From Spirochaetia bacterium (lineage in GTDB: Bacteria > Spirochaetota > Spirochaetia > SP-2023): a DNA stretch of 64,000 nt. This document shows, piece after piece, positions 21,984-31,939 of the stretch. The stretch spans positions 1,888,001 through 1,952,000 of the forward strand of contig CBDDCK010000005.1 in the NCBI GenBank assembly GCA_965225855.1, in the 5' to 3' direction. The notes beneath the pieces are model-generated. The model was not told the origin of the DNA. It did no database searches and worked only from the letters and a program-made list of their open reading frames with translations. Position 1 is the stretch's first letter, and every line of letters starts with the position of its first letter. The position numbers were made by a program, and so were the translations under genes.

Positions 21984-24605
21984 ATGAAATCCTACCTTTC
22001 TGTTTTAAGAGATCACTTTCCTAGTAGATATAATTTTATTATTATAAGCTCTATGTCGGTTCTTTTTTTCAGCATCACATTGGGTATGGCTTTGGGAAAG
22101 TTATTGAGTCTAGGGGCTTATGTAGGAACTTATGAACCACTAATCACAAATGATCAGCCTTTGCCTTCTCGCATTTATGACGTTCATAACAATCTAATTA
22201 CAGAGATTTCTCAAGGTTCACGCGAGCTGTTGGCTCAAAATGAATTGAACCGAAATTTAATTTATGCCTTGATGGGGCGTGAAGATAGCACATTTTTTGA
22301 ACACAACGGTTTTTCTCTGTTCGGTACGTTTCGCGCTTTTGCTTATATCGTTTTAGATAAATTATTTTCTGTTGGGACTGCAGGTGGGGGAAGTACCTTG
22401 ACCCAGCAATTGGCAGGTTCGCTCAAGGCAGACCGAACTGATATATCGGTGAGCCGCAAAATCCGCGAACTGTGGTGGTCTTTCATTTTTGAGAAATATT
22501 ATTCCAAAAATGAAATATTAGTTACTTATTTGAATAATATGTACTTTGGCGATCGCAATTATGGTATTGAAGCGGCCAGTCGTTTTTTCTTTGGCCATTC
22601 GGCTTATAATAATAGCATTGTTGAGTCTGTATTAGCTGTAATTCAATTGGCTCGTCCCAACGGTGATTTTTCGCCTTTGCGCAATCCAGAAATGGCCAAA
22701 TTAAGGCAAGAGGCCGTCCTGACCAAAATTGTTGATTTGGGCTTAATGACCAACGAACAAGTTCAGCAGGATAGTCAAAGATATTGGGATAGTTTTGACT
22801 TGACAAAAGTAAGCCAGCGGAGCCCGAAACGAATTGATAAGGCTCCATATTTTTCTGACTATGTGGCCAATGTATTGGAAAAAAAGCTTTATGGAATCAA
22901 TAATCTAACTCAATCTGGTTACAATATTTATACAACCTTAGACCTTACGGTACAAAAACAAGTGGATAAAATTGTCCAAGAAGAAATGAATATTGTTGAT
23001 AATATTTATAAAAGCCAAAATTTGGACTTATTTACCGTTTTAGAAAGGCAAGAATTACCTGAACTAGCCCGACTGCGTTTGTTATTTGGTCTAAATTTGA
23101 ATTTAGCTGGTGGGCGGTCTAAACGGGCTGCCGAACAAACTTTGCAAAATCAGTTTGCCCCAACGTTAGAAGTGATTGTCGGTACTTTAGGCTTGGAATC
23201 TCAATTGCCAATGTTGAAAATGTCTGCAGAACATTTGGATAAATTTTTGGCTAGAACGGTTCCTGAAACGGCAATTTTATCGATTGATAATCGCACGGGT
23301 AATATTGTGACTATGGTTGGAGGGCGCACATATAATATTAACGAAGCTCGTTTGTTTAACAGGGCTATTGATGCACGAGTGCCAATGGGTTCTTCGATCA
23401 AGCCCCTTTATTTTGCTGCGGCTTTTGAGAAAGGAGTGTTAACCGGTGCTACTCAACTGGGAGATTTACCTTATCGGTTTATCAACCCCAATGGCGAGCC
23501 TTACATTCCTTACAATTATCATGTCGATTTTAAAGGGGTTGTTTTGCCTCGCAGGGCTTTGCAACTTTCACTCAATATACCGGCGATTCACGTTTTTGAT
23601 ATGGTTGGTTTTAACAAAGGAGTTGATATGCTGACGCGTATGTTGGGGATCGATGATGCCCGCGCAATTCGTCGTGATTTTCCTTTTGTTTTTCCCTTGG
23701 CGCTGGGTGTATCGCCAGTGGCTCCCATACAATTGTTGCGAGCTTTTACCATTTTTGAAAATGGCGGTGTACCGATTGAACCTAACCCAATTCGATATGT
23801 TGAAGACCGCAATGGCCAAGTTATTTTCCACTATGAACAAGATAATTTGCGCCGTATTCAAGATTCTTCCCGCAGGGTATTGAGCCCAAAGACTGCTTAT
23901 GTTATGACTAAAATGCTGGAGAGTGTACCGAGTGGCGGTACACTTTACGCTTCAAAACACCGTTATGAAGAAAAATATGGTAAATTTGAACATCCATTAG
24001 CAGCCAAAACAGGCACAGCGGAAAACTGGTCTGATGGTTGGACGGTTGGGTATACGCCCAATTATAGTACTGCTGTTTGGGTTGGTTTTGACCAAGCTGG
24101 TAACTCCTTGGGGGAATCTCTATACGGGGGCAAGGCTGCAGGCCCGATGTTTATGCGGATTATGGGTTTGTTACATCAAAATAAAAAAGCGAAAAAAGTG
24201 AATTTTGAAAAACCAGAAGGTGTTTTCTCGCTGACGATAGATAAAAGAAATGGTTATCGCTGGGTTGCTGCATGTGGTGAAGAAAATAAAGTTTATGAAT
24301 GGTTTATTGAAGGAACCGCTCCTAGAAAAAAATGCACTGAGGCTCGCCAGAGCGATGTTTTTAATTTTGGGCTTATATCGTCTTATACTGCAGCAGAATC
24401 TTCTAGTGAAGAGTCGGATACTTTTGATCTTTCCAGTTTTAATTTTTTAAACGAAAGTTTAGATGATACTGAAACTTATGATAGTAGTTCTACTAGTGAT
24501 ATAGATGGCAATGATTTTGACGATTTGAATGATACTCCTACAAGAAATGAATCGAGTAATGATTCTTTTTTTGAGAATCAAGAAAATCTGCGTTCTGATA
24601 ATTGA
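21984..24605 (+). CDS. Class A penicillin-binding protein (PBP1A family)
   Basis: Transglycosylase EDSTFFEHNG, GGSTLTQQLA, RKIRE, YLN..YFG; transpeptidase SSIK, SLN, KTGT; acidic tail. Confidence 0.92.
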   Translation: MKSYLSVLRDHFPSRYNFIIISSMSVLFFSITLGMALGKLLSLGAYVGTYEPLITNDQPLPSRIYDVHNNLITEISQGSRELLAQNELNRNLIYALMGREDSTFFEHNGFSLFGTFRAFAYIVLDKLFSVGTAGGGSTLTQQLAGSLKADRTDISVSRKIRELWWSFIFEKYYSKNEILVTYLNNMYFGDRNYGIEAASRFFFGHSAYNNSIVESVLAVIQLARPNGDFSPLRNPEMAKLRQEAVLTKIVDLGLMTNEQVQQDSQRYWDSFDLTKVSQRSPKRIDKAPYFSDYVANVLEKKLYGINNLTQSGYNIYTTLDLTVQKQVDKIVQEEMNIVDNIYKSQNLDLFTVLERQELPELARLRLLFGLNLNLAGGRSKRAAEQTLQNQFAPTLEVIVGTLGLESQLPMLKMSAEHLDKFLARTVPETAILSIDNRTGNIVTMVGGRTYNINEARLFNRAIDARVPMGSSIKPLYFAAAFEKGVLTGATQLGDLPYRFINPNGEPYIPYNYHVDFKGVVLPRRALQLSLNIPAIHVFDMVGFNKGVDMLTRMLGIDDARAIRRDFPFVFPLALGVSPVAPIQLLRAFTIFENGGVPIEPNPIRYVEDRNGQVIFHYEQDNLRRIQDSSRRVLSPKTAYVMTKMLESVPSGGTLYASKHRYEEKYGKFEHPLAAKTGTAENWSDGWTVGYTPNYSTAVWVGFDQAGNSLGESLYGGKAAGPMFMRIMGLLHQNKKAKKVNFEKPEGVFSLTIDKRNGYRWVAACGEENKVYEWFIEGTAPRKKCTEARQSDVFNFGLISSYTAAESSSEESDTFDLSSFNFLNESLDDTETYDSSSTSDIDGNDFDDLNDTPTRNESSNDSFFENQENLRSDN

Positions 24606-24753
24606 GTTTTTGAAAAGATAGATAGTGCCAAAGATTCTAAATGCTTGATGTTTGCTTTGAGTCTTGCTTTAAGCAAAATATATTTTAGATGCCGGTGTGG
24701 CAGAATTTAGAATGAAGAATATTTTATAAATTGATAGGCTGTTGAAACATATT

Positions 24754-26829
24754 ATGATAGAAAATATACGCAACATTGGCATTATTGCACACATTGATGC
24801 TGGTAAAACGACAACGACAGAAAGAATCCTTTTTTATACCGGGAAAAATCATCGTATTGGTGAAGTGGATAGTGGCAGTGCTACGATGGATTGGATGGAG
24901 CAAGAGCAAGACAGGGGGATTACCATTGTTGCTGCAGCGACTACCTGTGATTGGAGTGTTCAAGTTTGTGGCAAGCAACAGCAAATTCAAATTAATTTGA
25001 TTGATACCCCCGGCCATGTGGATTTTACTGTTGAAGTTGAGCGTTCACTGCGGGTGCTCGATGGGGCCATCGCCGTTTTGTGTGCAGTAAAAGGTATTGA
25101 ACCGCAAACCGAAACCGTGTGGAGACAGTCGGAACACTACCATATACCGCGTCTGGTCTACATTAATAAAATGGATAGAGCGGGTGCTGATTTTGATGGT
25201 GTCATAGAGCAACTTCGTGATAAATTTGGAGCAAGGCCCCTGCCATTATATTTACCAATAGGAATAGAAAATAATTATATTGGCAATATTGATGTATTGC
25301 GTAAAGAAGAAATTTATTTTCATGGTGAAAACGGCGAGCAAATAGAACACAAACCTCTTTCTGCTGAAAATAGGGAACGGGCCGTACAAGCCTATGACGA
25401 GTTGATCAATGTTCTTAGTGAACAAGAAGATCAAATTGCGGAATTTTACCTCACGGGTGTAGAAATTCCATTGGAGCTGTGCCAAAATGTGATACGTCGG
25501 CTTTGTTTGGGTAAAGAAATTATTCCTGTGTATGTTGGTTCTTCGTTAAAAAATAAAGGTATACAACAATTGCTTGATGGAGTGGCTTTATATTTACCGG
25601 CCCCTGTGGATATGCCACCATTACAGGCAACTAAAGTCGGCGAGAAAAAAAATAAAAGATTAGAGACGGATAACTTGGTTGAGCTTACAGCGGATTCTAT
25701 GGCTAATTTGGCCGCACTTGTATTTAAAATACAATATCATAAAGAAATGGGTATGCTCTGTTATGTGCGAATTTACAGTGGCATTCTTAAAGCGAATCAC
25801 AATATTTTCAACGTGCGTAAAAGGAGATGCGAACGTGTAAACCGCTTAATTCAAATGCATGCAAATAGTTATAGCCCCGTTTCTGCACTGAAGGCTGGCG
25901 AAATTGGTGTTGTTGTGGGTTTAAAGTTGGCCCAAACAGGCGATACCATTTGCGATGAAAAAAATCAATTTTTGTTGGAATCAATGGACTTTCCAAAGCC
26001 AGTTATTTCTATTGCGATAGAATTAGAAAGTAGTTCTGATGGCGATAAGCTAGCTTTGGCTTTGCAACATTTAGAGCGTGAAGACCCAACATTCCATGTT
26101 AGAGAAAATAGTGATACCGGCCAGATTTTGCTTTCTGGTATGGGGGAATTGCATTTAGAAGTTTTGTGTAAAAGGTTGTGCGATGAATTTAAATTGCGGT
26201 TTCGTATCGGCAATCCCCGCGTGGCTCACCGCGAAACATTGCGCCATGCTTGCCAAGGTGTGGGTCGTTTTAGCCATGAAATTGCCGGTGTGCAACAAGA
26301 TATTATGGTTGAGTTAGAACTGCGGCCCATTGAATCTAAAAGTCAAGATAGGGGCTTTAATTATTTTTACAACCTTTGTGATGAGCTGCCTAAAGATTAT
26401 GTAGAGCTATTGAAAACTGCGCAAATGCGCCACCTAGAAACAGGGTTTTGTTTGGGCTACCCCGTGATTGACGTTGAGCTTGTGTTAAAATCTTGCCGTT
26501 ATAGTGCCGAAGAACCTTATGAGCCGGGCTTTGAAGCGGCTATGGCTTATGCTATTGATCAGGCAGTGCGAGAGCAAGAAACCTTGTTGTTGGAACCCAT
26601 TATGAACATTACGGTAATGGCTCCAGCAGAATATGTGGGTGATGTAATTAGCCAATTGACCCAAAGGCACGGCCAAGTGCACAGTATAGAAGCACAGCCC
26701 AATTGCGATGTGCTCTATGCAACCGCACCCCTTTCCAAGCTGTTTGGTTATTCGACTATTTTGCGTAGCCAAACCCAAGGGCGTGGTTCATTTGCTTTAG
26801 AGTTTGCTTACTTCGATGTTGCTTTGTAG
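24754..26829 (+). CDS. fusA2: Elongation factor G paralogue (EF-G2, ribosome-recycling type)
   Basis: AHIDAGKTT, RGITI, DTPGHVDF, NKMD, GMGELHLE; degenerate domain IV; not in the str operon. Confidence 0.85.
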   Translation: MIENIRNIGIIAHIDAGKTTTTERILFYTGKNHRIGEVDSGSATMDWMEQEQDRGITIVAAATTCDWSVQVCGKQQQIQINLIDTPGHVDFTVEVERSLRVLDGAIAVLCAVKGIEPQTETVWRQSEHYHIPRLVYINKMDRAGADFDGVIEQLRDKFGARPLPLYLPIGIENNYIGNIDVLRKEEIYFHGENGEQIEHKPLSAENRERAVQAYDELINVLSEQEDQIAEFYLTGVEIPLELCQNVIRRLCLGKEIIPVYVGSSLKNKGIQQLLDGVALYLPAPVDMPPLQATKVGEKKNKRLETDNLVELTADSMANLAALVFKIQYHKEMGMLCYVRIYSGILKANHNIFNVRKRRCERVNRLIQMHANSYSPVSALKAGEIGVVVGLKLAQTGDTICDEKNQFLLESMDFPKPVISIAIELESSSDGDKLALALQHLEREDPTFHVRENSDTGQILLSGMGELHLEVLCKRLCDEFKLRFRIGNPRVAHRETLRHACQGVGRFSHEIAGVQQDIMVELELRPIESKSQDRGFNYFYNLCDELPKDYVELLKTAQMRHLETGFCLGYPVIDVELVLKSCRYSAEEPYEPGFEAAMAYAIDQAVREQETLLLEPIMNITVMAPAEYVGDVISQLTQRHGQVHSIEAQPNCDVLYATAPLSKLFGYSTILRSQTQGRGSFALEFAYFDVAL

Positions 26830-26832
26830 TAC

Positions 26833-28902
26833 ATGCCAGTAATGCAAAATAAACAACAAGTTAGAGAAAACTTTATAGCTGATAGGGCAGCTCATTTTTC
26901 TGAAGAGCTCTACCCGTTACTGCATCAAGTCCAGCAAGATGGCGGTATCCAAAGATTGGCCTTTTCCCAGCTCGGCCCCTTGGCTAGCGAGTTGAGGCGT
27001 TCTCTAATAAATATTGTTCAATCAACGGGCGGGCATCTAGCTTCTAATTTGGGTGTTGTAGAGCTTACCATTGCTTTGCACTACGTTTTCCATTCGCCCA
27101 AAGATGCTTTCTTGTGGGATGTTGGCCACCAAAGCTATGTGCATAAGATGCTCACAGGGCGCTGGTTTGGTTTTGCCCATTTGCGCCAGCAAGGGGGGCT
27201 TTCAGGCTTCCCGCGAAGAGATGAGAGCCCGCATGACTATCTGAATGCTGGCCATGCTGGTACTGCTATTTCTGCAGGGTTGGGTTTGGAATTGGGTCGC
27301 AGCTTAGCGGCTAATTCAACACAAGAGCCGCGGGGTAAAGTGCTATGTGTGGTGGGTGATGCTTCTCTTACATCGGGAATGGCCTTTGAAGCGATGAACC
27401 ACTGTGGCCATGTATCCAACCAATTGGTTGTGGTGATGAATGATAATGAAATGTCTATCTCTGCGAATGTAGGGGCTGTATCGCGCATACTTAGCCGTTT
27501 GACAGCAGGGCATTCTTATGTGTTTATCCGCGACCATATCAACCAATTGGTTGGTTCTATCCCTTTTCTTGGTGCTCCAGCTTATCAAGGTTTGCTGCGC
27601 CTTAAAGGGGCCATTAAGAAGGCGGTCTATCGCAACAATCTCTTTACAGAATTTGGCTTTAAGTACATTGGCCCCATAGATGGCCACAATATCAAAATGC
27701 TTTTAGATGCCTTTGAAAGAATTGCTTTGCTAAGGGAACCAGTCTTTTTACACGTGCGCACGCAAAAGGGAAAAGGCTTAAAGGAAGCTGAGGAAGCTCC
27801 AGCGCAATATCACGGTGTCTTGCCCCAGCCCTCAAAATCTGTTCAGCCTGTGGCAACAACTGTGGTCCCAAGCAGACAACAAACTTTTACCCAGAGCTTT
27901 ACTACTGTTTTGATGGGTTTGGAACAACGTTATGCCGACTTGGTTTGTATTAGCGCAGCCATGTCCGGTAGTACTGGTTTAAAGGCCTTTGCCGATCGCT
28001 ATCCCCAGCGTTTCTTTGATGTTGGTATCGCCGAACAGCATGCGGTTACTCTGGCTTGTGGTCTGGCTCTAGCAGGCAAGCAGCCTTTAATTGCCATCTA
28101 CTCTACCTTTATGCAGCGGGCTTTAGACCAATTGATTCACGATATTACGTTAATGCATCTGCCCGTGGTCTTTGTGTGCGACCGCGCAGGGATAGTTCCC
28201 GGTGATGGCGATACTCATCAGGGTATTTACGACATTGCCCAGTTTCGCAATATTATCGGGCTGGAGCTTTATAGCCCTAGCACGCAACAGCAATTACAAG
28301 CTTGTTTAGAAACCGTATTGGAGCGCGGCTCTAAAGATATTACTTGTTGGAAGCAAGCCAGCCCAATGGCTAACCCACAGCTACACTCGCTACCTGCGAT
28401 AATTCGCATACCCAAGCGCAACTGCCCCGATATTCGGCCCAATGGAAGGCCCGACCAGCTATGGCAGCTACAATTCTTTGCTGCAAAGCCAAACATCAAC
28501 CAGTTCACAGGCCCTTTTGCCCAGCCGATAGCGCAGAAGGCTTTACTATTCTGTACCGGAAGTTTGTTAGTAGAGGCATTGGCACTTCAGCAAAAGCTAG
28601 CAGCCGAAGATATTTACTTAGATGTGCTACAGCTATGCCAATTATCACCGTTGCCCAGCTACTTGCAGGATTATTTTACCCCTAGTTATAGGGCCATATT
28701 CAGCATTGAAGACGCAGTTATTCAAGGTGGCGTCGGGGAGGCATTACTTCGCTTAGCTATGAATTTGTCTCTACCCGAGCGTGTATATATACGCGGGGTG
28801 GACGGGAAGATACCCCAGTTAGGCACGTATCAAGAATTATTACAAAACTATGGGCTTGATGTCGAGAGCCTTCAGGTTTGGGTTAAGCATACCCTTAGAT
28901 AA
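26833..28902 (+). CDS. dxs: 1-deoxy-D-xylulose-5-phosphate synthase
   Basis: GGHLASNLGVVELTIALH, WDVGHQSY.HK, GDASLTSGMAFEAMN, DVGIAEQHAV, DRAG..PGDGDTHQG. Confidence 0.95.
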   Translation: MPVMQNKQQVRENFIADRAAHFSEELYPLLHQVQQDGGIQRLAFSQLGPLASELRRSLINIVQSTGGHLASNLGVVELTIALHYVFHSPKDAFLWDVGHQSYVHKMLTGRWFGFAHLRQQGGLSGFPRRDESPHDYLNAGHAGTAISAGLGLELGRSLAANSTQEPRGKVLCVVGDASLTSGMAFEAMNHCGHVSNQLVVVMNDNEMSISANVGAVSRILSRLTAGHSYVFIRDHINQLVGSIPFLGAPAYQGLLRLKGAIKKAVYRNNLFTEFGFKYIGPIDGHNIKMLLDAFERIALLREPVFLHVRTQKGKGLKEAEEAPAQYHGVLPQPSKSVQPVATTVVPSRQQTFTQSFTTVLMGLEQRYADLVCISAAMSGSTGLKAFADRYPQRFFDVGIAEQHAVTLACGLALAGKQPLIAIYSTFMQRALDQLIHDITLMHLPVVFVCDRAGIVPGDGDTHQGIYDIAQFRNIIGLELYSPSTQQQLQACLETVLERGSKDITCWKQASPMANPQLHSLPAIIRIPKRNCPDIRPNGRPDQLWQLQFFAAKPNINQFTGPFAQPIAQKALLFCTGSLLVEALALQQKLAAEDIYLDVLQLCQLSPLPSYLQDYFTPSYRAIFSIEDAVIQGGVGEALLRLAMNLSLPERVYIRGVDGKIPQLGTYQELLQNYGLDVESLQVWVKHTLR

Positions 28903-28928
28903 TCATTTGAGGTAGTCGTTACAATTCT

Positions 28929-29561
28929 TTACTGTTGAGGCCGTAGCTCTGCATAGCGGAAGCAGCTTTGCAAGTGGTCATTGACAATACCAATGGCCTG
29001 TAGGTAGGCGTAGACCGTAATAGCACCCAAGCGACAAAAGCCATATTGCTTTAAATCTCGTGCAATCTGTTCGGCTAGGGTGGACTTAGCTGGGACTTGG
29101 GCTGCTTCATGCCAGTTATTGTGCAGAGTTTGCCCCTCGGTGAAATGCCAGATATAGGCGTCAAAGCTACCCCATTGTTTTTGCACTGCTAAAAAGCAGC
29201 GGGCATTGTTTATGGCACCTTCTATCTTAGAGTGGTGGCGAATAATACTACTATCGTGGAGCAACCTTTGCACCTTATCAGCACCATATTGGGCAACAAC
29301 AGCGGGCTGAAAGTTACTGAAGGCATAGCGGAATGCTTCTCTGCGCTGTAATATTAATTGCCAATTTAAGCCCGCTTGGAAAGACTCCAGCAATAGAAAC
29401 TCAAAATGGCGTTGGTCATCGTGCAAGGGCAAACCCCATTCGCAATCATGATAATCCTGCAGCAACCAATCAGCTTCTTTTATAGTGCTGGTTGCCGTTG
29501 TTATTTTGGCCGCCCCTTTGATAGCCCAAGGGCAACGATACCGTTTTTCCACGCTTTCCAT
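28929..29561 (-). CDS. tag: DNA-3-methyladenine glycosylase I
   Basis: RCPWA, YHDCEWG, LESFQAGLNW, GIVNDHLQSC. Confidence 0.93.
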   Translation of the reverse strand: MESVEKRYRCPWAIKGAAKITTATSTIKEADWLLQDYHDCEWGLPLHDDQRHFEFLLLESFQAGLNWQLILQRREAFRYAFSNFQPAVVAQYGADKVQRLLHDSSIIRHHSKIEGAINNARCFLAVQKQWGSFDAYIWHFTEGQTLHNNWHEAAQVPAKSTLAEQIARDLKQYGFCRLGAITVYAYLQAIGIVNDHLQSCFRYAELRPQQ

Positions 29562-29576
29562 CTATTTTAAAAGGCT

Positions 29577-30632
29577 TTAAGGGCGGTTCTGTAGGCTTGG
29601 TTGATTGGGCGTGCTACTGGTACGTGTTAAGTGAGCTTGATGTGCCGGGCGCAACTGCTTTTCATAAGCTTTACTAACTAACTGGCCGATCATGACGATG
29701 GCAATGTTGTGGTTTTGCTCTTTCAGCAAGTAAGAAGACCAATGTTTAGGAGAGCCATAGATTTTCTGGATTTCCTTTCGCCGAATATCTAGTAACTTTC
29801 GATCGATTCTAAAGGGCTTCTCATCGCCACACTTTGCTAGATGCTCTTGTAAGTCTTCGAGCAGTTGAATACTCACTAACTGGATTAAAGCATTTTCGCA
29901 TATATATCTGCGCCCCCATATCTTTTTTAGGCTATTTGGTTTTTTTTGAGGGAGCAGCAATTCTTCTAAAACTTGGGTGGCGAATTTTAGCTTGCCTTGC
30001 ACTAAAAGAGCTATGGAATAGAATAATTTGGCCCATTGATACTTATGGCTGTAGCGTTGTTGCTGAAAATCCTTAAAATCGCGCAAGTTGCCAAAGTAGA
30101 CTTCACTTTCATTTCCTGAATCGTCAACTAAATATGGTAGACCAAACTCGATGGCATATATACATAGGCACTTAGAGGCAGAAATAGCAAGCTTGTAGTC
30201 TTTGTGGTTTTGGTTTTTGGTTTTCAAGTAGGCTGCGTTACGATACAGAGGTGAATGGAGAAGCCTAGTTTTTTCTTGCAGCTCTTCAAATAATTCACGC
30301 AAAAGCTCTAAATTATTCAATTGTATGGCGACTTCGATGAAATAAAAAACATACTTTTTTTTGTATTGCTTTTTCTCAAAAATATTTTTTCGCAACCAAT
30401 AGAGTAGAGTATACCAGTCCCCTTGTTCTAAACAACAAAAAAAATGCCAGTTGTAAGCAAAGTAGAAATTGATGGCTATAAAGCTTAGCAGCATTATGCC
30501 GATAACAAACTTATTGTTTTGAAAATATGAAATAACATCACTACCTAAGAATAGTAAAGGTAGGGCTATGCTGAATAAGAAAGTCAGCAGTAGGCTTAGA
30601 TTAAAGCATATCAATAGTTTACGTAGAGTCAA
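29577..30632 (-). CDS. Hypothetical membrane protein (2 N-terminal TM helices, helical/TPR-like remainder)
   Basis: Long ORF, two hydrophobic segments, GGGGGG RBS before TTG. Confidence 0.6.
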   Translation of the reverse strand: MTLRKLLICFNLSLLLTFLFSIALPLLFLGSDVISYFQNNKFVIGIMLLSFIAINFYFAYNWHFFCCLEQGDWYTLLYWLRKNIFEKKQYKKKYVFYFIEVAIQLNNLELLRELFEELQEKTRLLHSPLYRNAAYLKTKNQNHKDYKLAISASKCLCIYAIEFGLPYLVDDSGNESEVYFGNLRDFKDFQQQRYSHKYQWAKLFYSIALLVQGKLKFATQVLEELLLPQKKPNSLKKIWGRRYICENALIQLVSIQLLEDLQEHLAKCGDEKPFRIDRKLLDIRRKEIQKIYGSPKHWSSYLLKEQNHNIAIVMIGQLVSKAYEKQLRPAHQAHLTRTSSTPNQPSLQNRP

Positions 30633-30697
30633 TGTTCCCCCCAGGACACAACGTCTAATTATGTTAAAGCTCTACAGGTAGTTTAGGAAAGCAAGTA

Positions 30698-31876
30698 ATG
30701 ACTGGCAACCAAAAAATAGAAAGAATTCCTCTTTTTAAAATTTCTGTCGCCCAGAAATTTCATAATGATTTGTATTATGATGGATTTCTTGTCCACCCCA
30801 AAGATACTCCAATTGCTGATGAAGATTTGGAAGTATTTAAGCTGTGGAAAGTTAGGTCGTTAGAGTTGCGTGGTAATACTGGAGAAAATAGTGAAGCCCC
30901 TGATGATGATTTTGCCATCTCCACTTTAAATGATAGTATTCATATCATACAGCAAGATATTAATGATATGAAACAAGCTCAAGTTCTCTACCAAGAAATT
31001 TGCGATTTTGTTGTTGAAAGCTATCATGTCATTAATAGACAATTGCCCTTTCCTGCAGGTGTGCTTTTCGGTAAAGTTAAGAAGTTTATGGAGAATATCC
31101 GGCATATAGGCCTACCCATTTTGCGTTTTCAAGAATTCCATACGGAAGTCGACTATATTGAATTGCATTCGACCAACTCGTTTATATTGACAGTTGCTTT
31201 GGGGAACGCAGCGAAAATGCCTCAGTACCGTTTGCTAAATTTAGGGCTGTCTGCTTTGTTTCATGAAGTGGGTTTAATGAAATTTGCCAATCTGATTAAT
31301 CAAAGTAAGAATTTTAGTTTGCAAGAATTTGATCTGCAAAAAATTCACGTACAAGAAGCGATAAGTTTGCTAAAAGTATATAATCTTCCTTATGAGGTTT
31401 TGGAAGGTATATCACAGCACCATGAAAGGCTTGATGGTTCTGGCTATCCCAATGGGCTAGTAAATAGTGAAATTTCAGACTTTGGCCGCTACCTTGGTTT
31501 AGTTTGTTCTTATATTGCGATGACAACCGATCAAAAATTTTTTGAATCGCAATTGGCTCACACCGCTATATTGAATTTACTCAAAGGAGCTAAAGTTCAT
31601 TATGATGCCGAGCTGGTGCGATTGTTAGTGCAGTTGCTTTCTTTATATCCTGTAGGTAGTTATGTGGCACTCAATAGTGGCAAGATTGGCCGTGTTTTTC
31701 GCAATAATCAAAAAAATCCACGTATGCCAGTAGTCCAAATACTGTTTGATGAGAACTATCAACCTATTTCCAGGAGCATTTTGATTCAGACGAATGATAA
31801 AATTCGTGTAAATAAACCGATTCACTACAAGAAAATGGCCCCGTTTCTTGCCAAATTACGGAAAAACATTCTTTAA
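30698..31876 (+). CDS. HD-GYP domain protein
   Basis: HHERLDGSGYPNGL and YPVGSYV.L.SG.IG.V tail; the HD dyad reads HE (LFHEVG). Confidence 0.85.
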   Translation: MTGNQKIERIPLFKISVAQKFHNDLYYDGFLVHPKDTPIADEDLEVFKLWKVRSLELRGNTGENSEAPDDDFAISTLNDSIHIIQQDINDMKQAQVLYQEICDFVVESYHVINRQLPFPAGVLFGKVKKFMENIRHIGLPILRFQEFHTEVDYIELHSTNSFILTVALGNAAKMPQYRLLNLGLSALFHEVGLMKFANLINQSKNFSLQEFDLQKIHVQEAISLLKVYNLPYEVLEGISQHHERLDGSGYPNGLVNSEISDFGRYLGLVCSYIAMTTDQKFFESQLAHTAILNLLKGAKVHYDAELVRLLVQLLSLYPVGSYVALNSGKIGRVFRNNQKNPRMPVVQILFDENYQPISRSILIQTNDKIRVNKPIHYKKMAPFLAKLRKNIL

Positions 31877-31939
31877 TTATTTTCTTCCGGCGTATTGTTT
31901 TGCTAAATATTATTTGTTTCTAATCGTCTTGATGTATTT

